From Ruditapes philippinarum (lineage: Eukaryota): a stretch of DNA of 64,000 bases. Where the stretch lies: assembly GCF_026571515.1 (NCBI RefSeq), contig NW_026867385.1, positions 124,001 to 188,000 on the forward strand. The letters are read 5' to 3'. The notes beneath the pieces are model-generated. The model was given only the letters and a program-made list of their open reading frames with translations, was not told the DNA's origin and searched no databases. Shown in pieces: positions 53,601 to 64,000 of this stretch. The position numbers and the translations under genes are program-made. Numbering within the stretch: the first letter of the stretch is position 1; the number at the start of each line of letters is the position of its first letter.

Positions 53601-55150
53601 AAAAGGTTACGTACTCTTCGAAGAATTACGGAGGTGGGCAATTACAATTAAATTCTGGTAATTTGCTAAACTAGCATGCACTTAACATGGTTCACGTGTT
53701 TTTATAAGATTATTGTTAATAAAGAGAACATTAACAAACATCCGATTTGTTTCTAAATGTCATTACTTGTGTGCCTCTGCATTTTCTTTGTGAAAACAAT
53801 TTATAACTTCTAAGTTACAAACAAAACCAGTAGGCATTGTGGAACACTCGTTTCATAATTTAAAGTGAAAGATTCATGGAGAAAGTTTTATCATAGTATT
53901 TGACATTAGAACACTCAACAATTTAACTTAAAATAGAAACGACTGATGCAATGAAGGACAAAAAGGAATTTTAGGGATAACCATTAAAATGGACTTCATT
54001 GAGGGTATTTAAATGATCAGACACTTAAAAGTTATTTTCCGAGACTTATATACCATTTCATGTCGGTCTAGGGAAATTACTTGTTTGCAAAATTTCAGAT
54101 CATTACCTTTCTTTATTATTTCTAGAATAATCATTTTTCATGATGCAGAATGACTGAAAAATGAAATGTGTCCAAGAATCGCACAGAAACAGTGTTCAAT
54201 TTAATTTAAAGCATATTTATTTAATATTTTTGCATATTTTTTCGTCAAATGTCCCAGATTATTTAAGAACTTCCAATGTTATGCTTAATGCCTTTGGACC
54301 TTAAAAGGGCAAAAACCATTGCTCGAATTTATTTTAGTTCGACTGTGAGAGTGTATATAATTTTATGAGCTTTTTGGTTCATTGCAATCTCAATTTTCGT
54401 TAATAGTACAGAACTGTATTTTTCAATGGCCATAGATTAAAATAGAACGTTAGGTTTATTGTAACAAACTTGCACTGTAAGAATGCTTAGGACACCCATA
54501 GATATATCAATAAAAAGCAAAGCTTATAATATTAGAATTACGGTGACTATCTATGTTAAGAATGCCCTTGTGACAACTACTACAATGTACTCATGTTGTT
54601 GTTTTCTAAAAAGTTAAATATCGTGTACGTGCAATTTGACAGTTGAAATCAAATTATTTTTCACTCTCCACCCAAATTGCCCATAATTGAATACAAAAAC
54701 TGTCAAATTATCTTTATACTTTATTCGAGCATGTTCAATTTGAATATCAACTTACTTCCAATAAAAAATAATCGCGTATGACATGTTATTAAAACAGATT
54801 TGTGCAAGAAAATAAACGATATGTTCGTAATAGTAACCCTTCGCATGCTAAATATCATAAAAAGACTTGTCCATTGTTAAGTCTGAACAAAACCTTTCAT
54901 AATATTCGAGAAAAGTTTAAAACAACTACTAACTGACTAGATAGTGAACAGTGCAGTTTGTGATAAGACGGAACGTATATGCTTACTTCTATTAGGTTGT
55001 GCTGGTCACATAGGAAGACTTAGGTGCCGTACGCCGGCTAAGGGTTAAAGCTATAACTAAAGAAGGCACTTTAATCTATTAATTTACACGCACAAGAACA
55101 TGAACAAGGACATAAACAAGAACAAAAACACGGTCAGAATGATAAGCAAA

Positions 55151-55581
55151 TAGAGAGAAATAAGAATCCCTAAAGAAAGCTCAACACGGCAAAATTGAAA
55201 ATGTTGCAGGCTAGGCCTGATTGAGCAAGCCCATTGACGGTACTGGTAAGTGCAAACTACCGTTCAGGCAGACCACATATCCTTGTGATTCAACAGTATT
55301 CAAGTGAGGAATACTGGAACCACCCAGCAAGAAAATAGCCGAATAGAATGAACTAAAACACACCAGTAATGTGGTGCTGAACAATCTTTAAAGATCGGAA
55401 ATATAACATACTGATTGAATGTACGGGGCCTCCAAATGGCACAAACAACGCTGATGTGACGAAAAAAGTAGAGAGAAATAAGAATCCCTAAAGAAAGCAC
55501 AACACGACAAAATTGAAAATGTTGCAGGCTCGGGCTGATTGAGCCTGCTCATGGACGGCACTGGTAAGTGCAAACTACCGT
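55151..55581. repeat. Two ~113-bp direct repeats (55151-55263, 55469-55581) in a probable mobile-element remnant (~55022-55606)
   Basis: TAGAGAGAAATAAGAATCCCTAAAGAAAGC...GGTAAGTGCAAACTACCGT occurs twice, 318 bp apart. Confidence 0.85.
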
Positions 55582-58304
55582 CCATGCCCCTAGCACCGGC
55601 ATAGGTAGAATTCAACATTTAACATGAACTTGTACAATTTTGAATTTTGAAACATCCGCAGATGTGTTAATATGGCGGTGATCATGGAACCTTCAATGTG
55701 ACACGTAAGTGTCATTCCATGAAAAGCAGCATGTGGTCCCCAATTAAAAAAATGTGTGTGCCCTAAACGAGAAAGTTCTTCTTCTGCATTTGTTTTACTG
55801 GTAGCTGCCAGGTAAAGACCGAACTGATGCTTTGTAACGATGTCTTTATCAATAATGAGGCAAATAAATTACATTCATGGAATTAATATTTCCGTGGTGT
55901 TAGGAACAATTGTTTTGGTGGTACGAGACGTGTGATAAGTTGGATCACTCATAGAACAGCAAACTTTTTATATTTGTTTCCCTTTAAGGTGTTCCTTATA
56001 CGCTATTTGTACACTTTGAGTAATCAATTTGCATTTTCGACTTTAAATCTAGATAACAAATTGAAAATAATTGAAGAATAACTGTTATTTCGAATATAAT
56101 TAAAATTGATAAGGAAAATAAACATATTTGTAAATGCTTGACTAAATGCTCATAATACTGTTTTACAACAAGAAAACTGACTCTGTCTTGCGGTGCACTG
56201 AATTGAAAAGTGTATTTTAATTATCTTAAAACTTCTAGCGTGATGAAACTATCAGACTGTGTGTCGTTTATGTTGTAGGCATTAATTGCTTTTTAATTGC
56301 AAGAAGAACGTTAAAGCGTCGTTTGTTTTATTACCCTCATTAGACGTAGGATTTAAACTTATTGTGTCTTTGCCATTTGCTGCTCAATTAATTGCTATTA
56401 TTATTACCTATATTTTGCAATGTTTCACACGCAGAAACGGTGCTCTAAAAACAAAGGAAGTACAGTTCTAATTTTATCCATACTATCCGTCAATTTTGAT
56501 TTATTTAATAACGACAAAAAACTTGTTTTTATTCATAAATATTAATAGTTGACAGTTGATTATTTGATATTTAACTGTGTCTTTTCATTCAAGTAACTCA
56601 TTAGGATTAATTCATCTTCGGCTAATGAGACAAAACTTCCTCAATTCTTATACAATTATTTTCGTCGCTTCAAATGTTTTTGCTATAAGACTTGCTCAAC
56701 CCGCGTAAATATCATTCTGTAAAGAAATCTCAATCTATTATCAAATACAGATTCATTTGATAGTCTGAGGAAAACATAAGATATCTTTGACAATGACTTA
56801 AAAGAAATCATTACAATAGAAGATTTCTTTTGATATTTGGACACACATTATTTTATAATCCGAACTATATCTATTCGAGACACCAACATTATTTAGTCTC
56901 TCCAAACTTTGGGAATGGACCAGAAATAGCCATTGTCGCTTAAAAGGTAATGAAAAACATTATATAGAAACAAATATACAGTAAATTGTGAATGAGGAAA
57001 AACTGTATTTTTGGTAATATTTTTGGTGTTTTAGAGGGTAGGGGAGAGTTGTTGGATTTTTGTTTAAACACATGCCAAGATATTTTCTTCCTACGATTAT
57101 CATTCAATGGTTTAATTATTATTAAAAGTCAACAGGAACTGAAAATTCAGAAAGGGCAGATCTGACTTTACTAAAAACCGTCATGAGACATGAACATTTC
57201 GCACGCACCCTACCAAAAGGCGTTTAAGCTGTTTTCAATATCTACAATCTCAACACTAAATGTATTGGAGTCAATGGTCCCGAAAGGACAAGTAAAACTG
57301 AAAACCACCGACATCTGAACACCGGGGTTGTATTTGGTGCTAAAGGATGATTTAGAGTACCTTCAAAAATTGAAATGACTCCGCTTACTTCATTGTTTAC
57401 ATTTCCATTTTACCGTTCGTGACATACAAATAAATTTTAAAAAGTAAAAGAAATTAAATAACTCGTCTTTTGTCATATCTCGGCGTTCAATACACCTAAC
57501 AGGCATTCCTAAATTACTTGCCAGTAACAAGCAAATTTCCACGCAAGTGACTGACGACTATTACAAAAGGATATTTTGCGTTCATTGAACGCCACCTTTC
57601 CTTGTTGAACTTGTTTACCATATTTTCTAAATCAGCGATAGGAGACAAAAGACCATTATACTTAATGTCCGAGATTAATGGTCATGTAGAAATCGAACTA
57701 AGATCCCATAGATAACTAATCCTATGCTCCCTCTATCAAGCTAAGCGGTCGAACAACGTCCAAGAAACACATACAGTTCATGCTCTATAATACAATTTTG
57801 GTAAATAGCTCTCATGAATTTTATTTTAAGGCTACAATAAACATTACAATTAGCTTTCGACATAATTCTTATTTGTAGGTAAACTGATAAATTTAGTATG
57901 TATATCTATTATTTGGATTTTATAATTACTTGTTACTTTCTGATAAGCACCGTATATGATTTCTGCTGCGCAAGATTTCATATAATAATGTTTGCACTGA
58001 AAGTGATGTCATGGCCCTGTATTCATTTCAAACATAGTTTGCACTGAATAACTTGTCATTTGAATCATAACGCCTCCTACGCCAGAAAAAATGTCTGTAA
58101 TAATGACGGGCCGTCTCCGGTTTAAATCCCCAAACATCACAACCGTTATTACAACCTACGCATATCATGAACTCATAACAAGCAATTTTTTTTTCAAAAA
58201 AATAAAGTTCCTAAGTAACACATCCTCTTTGAAATTTTCTTTTAATTATCAGCAATAAGTTGAAGGAGTTCGTTATCATGTCGGGAAAGGAAAATTAAAA
58301 TCAG

Positions 58305-58670
58305 TTCTAACCAATCAGATGTTCCAGAATTTCAAGAATAGACATGAATCATATAACTCCAGAATAGGAAATGCAAAGAGAGCTGAATTAATTTAATATC
58401 GTTATGAATTATATGTTTATGAAACGTAAAACATACCCAGAAATAGTAACAATATGAACGCCCAGGGAAATGTGATTCTTTTTGACAATGAGATTTTAAT
58501 TGGGTCGTCTCATATCAAAATAAGAATGGATGATAATGAAAAAAAGATATATCACGGCGTGACGTCACACGCTCATTAAGAAAACAAGATGATAGAATTG
58601 TAATAAATTATGAATGACACTTGTCTAATTCACAACAATGCGCATGTCAGAGCTTTGCTCTCATTGGCTA
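58305..58670 (+). promoter_or_regulatory. Candidate promoter region (CCAAT boxes and palindromic CRE)
   Basis: CCAATCAG at 58311, GTGACGTCAC at 58559-58568 and ATTGG at ~58663, upstream of candidate exons. Confidence 0.35.
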
Positions 58671-58862
58671 GCTTTATTTGTCAATTGAATAGGACTCATT
58701 CACAAACTAATTTTCCAGATATGTCCAGTCGTGACTAATTAATCTATTTCCATTAAGCCCATTAAAACGCAATAACAATAAAAATAAATTAATGCTTTAG
58801 AAATTATATTCAACAAGATGACGCTGCTCCCACGCTTTCATTTCCTCTGTCCGTCTCTACAG

Positions 58863-58924
58863 ACCTACCAAAGAGCTCGTCCTTCCCATTAGCTGTTTGA
58901 AAAGTCAAACTTGGTTCTTACTTG
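58863..58924 (+). other. Candidate 5' UTR exon
   Basis: Pyrimidine tract TTTCATTTCCTCTGTCCGTCTCTACAG| and donor TTG|GTATGT. Confidence 0.35.
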
Positions 58925-59385
58925 GTATGTTTAGTATATGATAATATATATATTTAGTTCTAGCGCCTAAATGACCATATCAAAAGAAAACATTTCGGTA
59001 AAGACAAAGAGTGAACATAAACGAGATAATAAGTATTAAGGTATAAAACATTGCTTGCGAAGATTTTGTATTTCATTAATTAGATGACATTAAAAATAAT
59101 CGTACCTTATTCTAAACTTGGTAGATGTATCTGTAATCACAACATAATAGATAACGCAAACTTTATCAGATCTTGCAATTTACAATCAATCGTTAACTGA
59201 TTTGTTAAAACTGAACCATAAGGATTTAAAGATTAACTTGTTGTTAAGTTAAAACAATGAATTAACATTACTTAATTTTGTTTTACATATATTCATAGTA
59301 TCGTACATTGAGAAATGCTAAAATGATATGTTTATTATGTCCATAACAGAGACAACTTGGGTGAATGCAAGGGATAGCTTGAAAG

Positions 59386-59481
59386 ATGACAAAAGAAAAC
59401 TTGGGGCGTGAAGGAAACGTTTTGGATACAGACATTGTGTCTTGTTTTGAAGTAATTGAGGAAATCCACAGGCACATTAAG
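59386..59481 (+). CDS. Candidate first coding exon of an unknown gene (MTKENLGREGNVLDTDIVSCFEVIEEIHRHIK; exon 59350-59481)
   Basis: Acceptor ...TGTCCATAACAG| at 59349; AAAGATGA start context with an in-frame upstream TGA; open frame to a phase-0 donor AAG|GTTAGT; locally GC- and purine-richer than its flanks. Confidence 0.4.
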
Positions 59482-60499
59482 GTTAGTCAATAACAAGTAG
59501 CTTCATCTTGTTTGCTTTGTTTTTTGCTTTTTAGAACGATGGACCCTTTTTGATTGACGTTTTGTGCATTCATCCCATCCAGTTTGACGGTGTCTATTTA
59601 ATTTAGTCATATACCTTTTTAGAAATATAGAGATTATTACAAAGAATCAATAAGCTAACAACAATCTTAATTGAGTCATATATCGTAAAGAGCAGGTTGT
59701 TCTTAAATGATACATAAGAAAAGTATTCATCAACAATGAAGATTTGAACATAAGACTAACATAAAACTTCCTTTACATTCTCCATGTGTTTTGGCCCCTG
59801 TATGAGGTTTGCTTCATCCTAACATCCAGTAAATTTAATGTTATAAAGAGACAGATACTGATAACAATTTTCATTTGCTAAAATAAAAATGCTACTTACT
59901 ATTTTAAGTTTTAGTTTCTTTAAGCTAGTACCTTGATGATATTTTAGTGTGTTTGTTAGCAAAGATAGTGTGCATTTTTCTGTTCCTAATTCCAATTAGT
60001 AAGTTCTATCTCGTATTTAATTAAAAAATATGAAAAACAAAACCATCAAGGAAGGGCGTCGTTCAATAAAGCCGTGGTTATATTTGATATTTTCCTCGAG
60101 TTTCTAATACTACTAAAATGTGTTCAAATTCTATTACAAGCCAAGGCCAATCTCCCTATTTAGAAAGTTCAATCAACTATTGGACATGAATAGGTAATCA
60201 GTTATAACTTTTTGTATTTCTGTTATAACTTTTTGTATTTCTGTACAAATGGAAGATTAAAAAAAACTGCACAGGTTTTTGACGGCTCAGATGTCCTGAA
60301 TTTGACAGTCTTAATCTAAGCTTTAGACATAAAACGTACATAACTAAGGCACGATTAAAATTTTGAATCGTGCATGCAATTGAAGCCAAATACCTTATTA
60401 AAAGAAAAAAATATCATCTGATAATATTATGATTGAGTCAGTGAAGGAGATGATGAACTGAACTTTATCTGAAGAAGGGACTTAATCACACGGAGGTCT

Positions 60500-60683
60500 N
60501 NNNNNNNNNNNNNNNNNNNNNNNNNNNNNNNNNNNNNNNNNNNNNNNNNNNNNNNNNNNNNNNNNNNNNNNNNNNNNNNNNNNNNNNNNNNNNNNNNNNN
60601 NNNNNNNNNNNNNNNNNNNNNNNNNNNNNNNNNNNNNNNNNNNNNNNNNNNNNNNNNNNNNNNNNNNNNNNNNNNNNNNNNNN
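60500..60683. other. Assembly gap (184 N)
   Basis: Run of N. Confidence 1.
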
Positions 60684-61895
60684 AATCAACCATTTCCAGA
60701 ATAATTATTTAACCCAACTCAGCAGTATAAGTGTACTGTGCTTTAAGCCTGTTGGGAGAGGCCGTCTGAGATCTTCCTTTCCACTATCTCATCTCTCATG
60801 ACCTGGCTCAATTACATTTTTCGACTATTTATTTATTTTTTTTCTGGTTGCTCTCAGGGGGATCTATCCTTTCCATGGATGTTTATATATATATAAACTT
60901 TATGCAAAATCACTTATTCAAATAGGAGTTAATTGTAGGACTTAATTGCAGATACATTTATAGATAATCTGTATAATGACCACAGCATTCAATTTTCTTT
61001 ATGGTATCATTTAACTAGTCACGTGTTTATACTAGAAACCTTATTATTAATAAATGCAGTTATTTATTTACTTATAAATGAATAAAGCACACATAACGAA
61101 TTCAACCGATTTACTCTAACCGGCACCCACCGCGCCTTTAGAAACTTTTGCGCACGTTTATCTGTGTGATTTGTTCTTCTATGTTTATGCATTGTGTCGA
61201 ACAACGTTACTGTGGTGCTTAGCAAAAAAATATATGTATTATATTATCGAATAGTGGGTGGTTTGCTAGTGCATGTTGATGGTATATTTACAAAATTAAG
61301 AGAGAAAGGAAAGCTATTTCAATACATTACTAAATAGATCTCGACTGCATAAGATCAACTGGTGCAATTAAAATCGAAAACAAAATATGCAAAAGATAAT
61401 AAGAACATACTTAATTAAAAATTGATTTTAAGTGGGATTCTTTGAACAAATTAAGTTAAAAGAATATAAGATGTGACTGGAAACAATTTTGCGAGATTAG
61501 TGTTCTATTTGATATACAGTTGGTCTAGACTAATAACTTGTGTGCAGAACTTCAGATCAATCGCTCACATCGTTTTTCTAGAGCACTAATTGTGAAAAAA
61601 AATGACACACAATTGAAAAGCGTTACAACGCGTTTTACTCAATTAGGGCTAATAATAGCAAAAAAGTGCAATTTTCAAATTATATCTGAGTATATTTCTT
61701 AATTATCTTTTGTTTATTTAATTATCTTTTTTTTATCATTCTCTTTAAAGTGTCCAAGCAGATCTATGTAAGAAATTCGGATTTTATGTTTTAGGCTTTT
61801 GAAGTAAATTAATTTTTCTATGACGATCATCTCTTTATCTAGATTTAAATGACACAAATACTAAAGAAATACTGTTACTTAATCGCTACATTCTA

Positions 61896-62632
61896 TGCAT
61901 TATTGTATACTTTAGAGGATCCGCAACAATTTTCCAAATTACAAATATTTAGATGTATGAACAATAACAATCACTTATTCGATTTATATAAAAAGATACA
62001 GTTATAACACTCTTTTCCCTTCTAAACTAAGATACTTTTTTAGAAACTCGTTTTCCTCCCACACGTTAATTGCCTGGTAAGCGTTTACCAAAAGGGTACA
62101 AAGAAATACTGATATGTAAATTCTAAGGTTCTTTTTTAAATTGTTATGTTTTTTTTTAAGTTTTTGAAAATTTGTTAAAAGATCATACTATCTATGGCAC
62201 ATTTCGGTTTATAGAGTCTGAAAAATGCCACATTTAATTTCACAAGGACGGAATAAGACCTCCCACTCAACCGTAATTTCCTGCACTAAGGAAATTTTGT
62301 AAGGTTTCACAGTATTAAAATAACGCGAAGAAATCTTTCAGAGCGATTATTGCAATCTCGAAAAAAAGAGGAGAAAATGAAAAAAAGAAGAGAAAGAGAA
62401 AAAAAAGAAGAGAAAGAGAAAAAATGTAAAAAGCTGAATCACTTTTTCATTCTTTGCATTATTGTATACTTTAAGAGACAACCGTAACAAATTTCCAAGT
62501 TTCAAATATTTACATTTACGGACAATAACTTCATTTATCCGATTTATATAAAAAGAACAGCCATAACACTCTTTTTCCTTCTAAACTAAGATACTTTGTC
62601 AGAAACTCGATTTCCTCTCACACGTTAATTGC
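61896..62632. repeat. Diverged ~178-bp direct duplication (61896-62073 and 62455-62632)
   Basis: TGCATTATTGTATACTTTA...CCTTCTAAACTAAGATACTTT...CACACGTTAATTGC occurs twice, ~559 bp apart. Confidence 0.85.
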
Positions 62633-62833
62633 ACGAAAAAAATGAACAAAAGCAGTTAAAGGGACAATAATTTCCATACAATTTGAATATAACGACAAAT
62701 TAAGCAATTACAACATGTCTGTCGTGGATAAGAATGAGAACGAGGCACGCAACAATGGAATGAGGTCCTCCTACACAGAAGTAAATATCTGCAAAGTGTA
62801 TCATTTTTCACAGTTTTTGTAATAACTCCACAG

Positions 62834-62911
62834 GAATGCATTGAAATTGCTTTGCGCTCAGGAAAGGGAAAAGACAAAAACATGTGCTTCCGTGACAAAA
62901 AAAAAGATTGA
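62834..62911 (+). CDS. Possible next or terminal exon for 59386-59481 (ECIEIALRSGKGKDKNMCFRDKKKD*)
   Basis: CTCCACAG| acceptor; phase 0 is compatible with the upstream donor. Otherwise unsupported. Confidence 0.2.
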   Translation, partial: ECIEIALRSGKGKDKNMCFRDKKKD

Positions 62912-63476
62912 GAAAAGAATTTGATACAGTTCATTTCGACTAGTAAAATCTTAAAAAGTCCGTGATTTAAAAGTTACGATTAAGAAATATTCAAACTTAA
63001 GGATACTATATGATGATTAGTCTGAAAAGTATACGTTCTATGACGTATATTTTCTTTTGTTGTCCTATGTTTGCTAATGTGTATAATGGCGTTTCGAGAT
63101 TAAGTTTTCCTTTTGTTGTGTCTTAGACCGTTAGTTTAAAATTACTACTGATTATATTTCTTTCTGTGATTAAATTTCTTTCTGTATGCTCGGATAAATA
63201 AAAATATTTGTGGTGTTCATTTTAGTAGCATCTAAAGAAAAACTAACCCAATATTTTGTGTACAATATAAAATTAAATGGAAGTATTTTAATAATTTTAT
63301 GTTGATACATGCATCGTTATTTAATTATGACGTGATTTATATTAATATTATTTCATATACGTTAAAAAAACATTTCCACTTTTTGACATGTTTTTAGAAG
63401 ATCAATTGTATATGACATTGCTGTTGTTAGAACAAGAACTTTTCTTTGTTCTCTTGTTCTTGTTACTGATCTTGAA

Positions 63477-63760
63477 GCCAGTTCACATTGCTCAATCGGT
63501 TAGACCACGAAACTTGTAATCTCGACATTGTCGGTTCGATTCCCAGACTGGCCAACTAAAATTTACTAATCAGTCTTTTAAATTAGACTTTAAATCGAGA
63601 TCCCGTGTATGAGTGCTTTAACAGCTAAAGAATAAGGAGAAGCTTTAAGAATTGGGGCATCTTTCTCTTTTATCCTTCAAAATCTAAATGACACATACTG
63701 TTTTTGAGTACTCGTCCATATGAGCTGTTGGCGAGTATGAATAAACACAAATACACACAA
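63477..63760 (+). mobile_element. tRNA(Thr, TGT)-like-headed SINE with Deu/Nin-like body
   Basis: GCCAGT...GCTCAATCGGTTAGA (A box)...CTTGTAA...GGTTCGATTCC (B box)...ACTGGC, then GTCTTTTAAATTAGACTTTAAATCGAGATCCCGTGT (cf. GTCTTTCGGATGAGACGTAAAACCGAGGTCC) and a CA-rich tail. Confidence 0.7.
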
Positions 63761-64000
63761 ATTAGCTGCTGGCGGGAACTGAATCTACCCATGTGACCAG
63801 CACGGACAAAGATCGGTCCGCACATCGGTGTAACTGTAATATTTACCACTAAATCAGTAAATATATCATACCTACCCTACAGATCATCAATGGCTTTGTC
63901 CAAATCGATAGATGGACCATTCCATTTCATATATTAAGCGTTGTTTTGATAATAAAATGACCGAAACATAAAATAGACTATGGCACCAATGATATGAAGT

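Noticed and set aside
55445-55585. Hammerhead ribozyme
   Set aside because: CTGATTGA and CTGATGTG do not fit the CUGANGA core, and no correctly placed GAAA with closing stems was found.
60427-60693. ORFs spanning the N run
   Set aside because: Artefacts of the assembly gap.
63477-63555. Functional tRNA-Thr(TGT)
   Set aside because: D and T stems pair poorly and the sequence continues into a SINE body and tail.

Overview
AT-rich (roughly one-third GC) animal genomic DNA. The repeat complement (Helentron/DINE-like element, tRNA-derived SINEs, TTAA and long-TIR MITEs) is consistent with a bivalve mollusc, which is an inference. No intact recognisable protein-coding gene is present, and nearly all ORF-track entries are chance ORFs in repeats or AT-rich DNA. 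The dominant structure is a hierarchical tandem array from ~10.0 to 45.25 kb. An old, diverged ~2-3 kb unit is repeated about four times (10.0-18.1 kb). It is followed by four young head-to-tail copies (18.1-45.25 kb, full unit ~7.6 kb) of a higher-order unit containing two derivatives of the old unit. A ~95-bp non-coding module (GTCACGTTT...TCGTCTGC...CTATGACGTAGGTTTTGACATAT.GCTGATTCCCGC) recurs 12 times, with a second CCAAT+CRE module in most units. The young unit also carries a Tc1 transposase remnant, a ~125-bp fold-back hairpin, a TATA/short-exon/donor candidate and a possible decayed spliced gene on the minus strand. Elsewhere: a 3.15-kb TIR element with subterminal repeats, MITEs, SINEs, local duplications, a 184-N gap and candidate 5' exons of an unknown plus-strand gene at ~58.9-59.5 kb.
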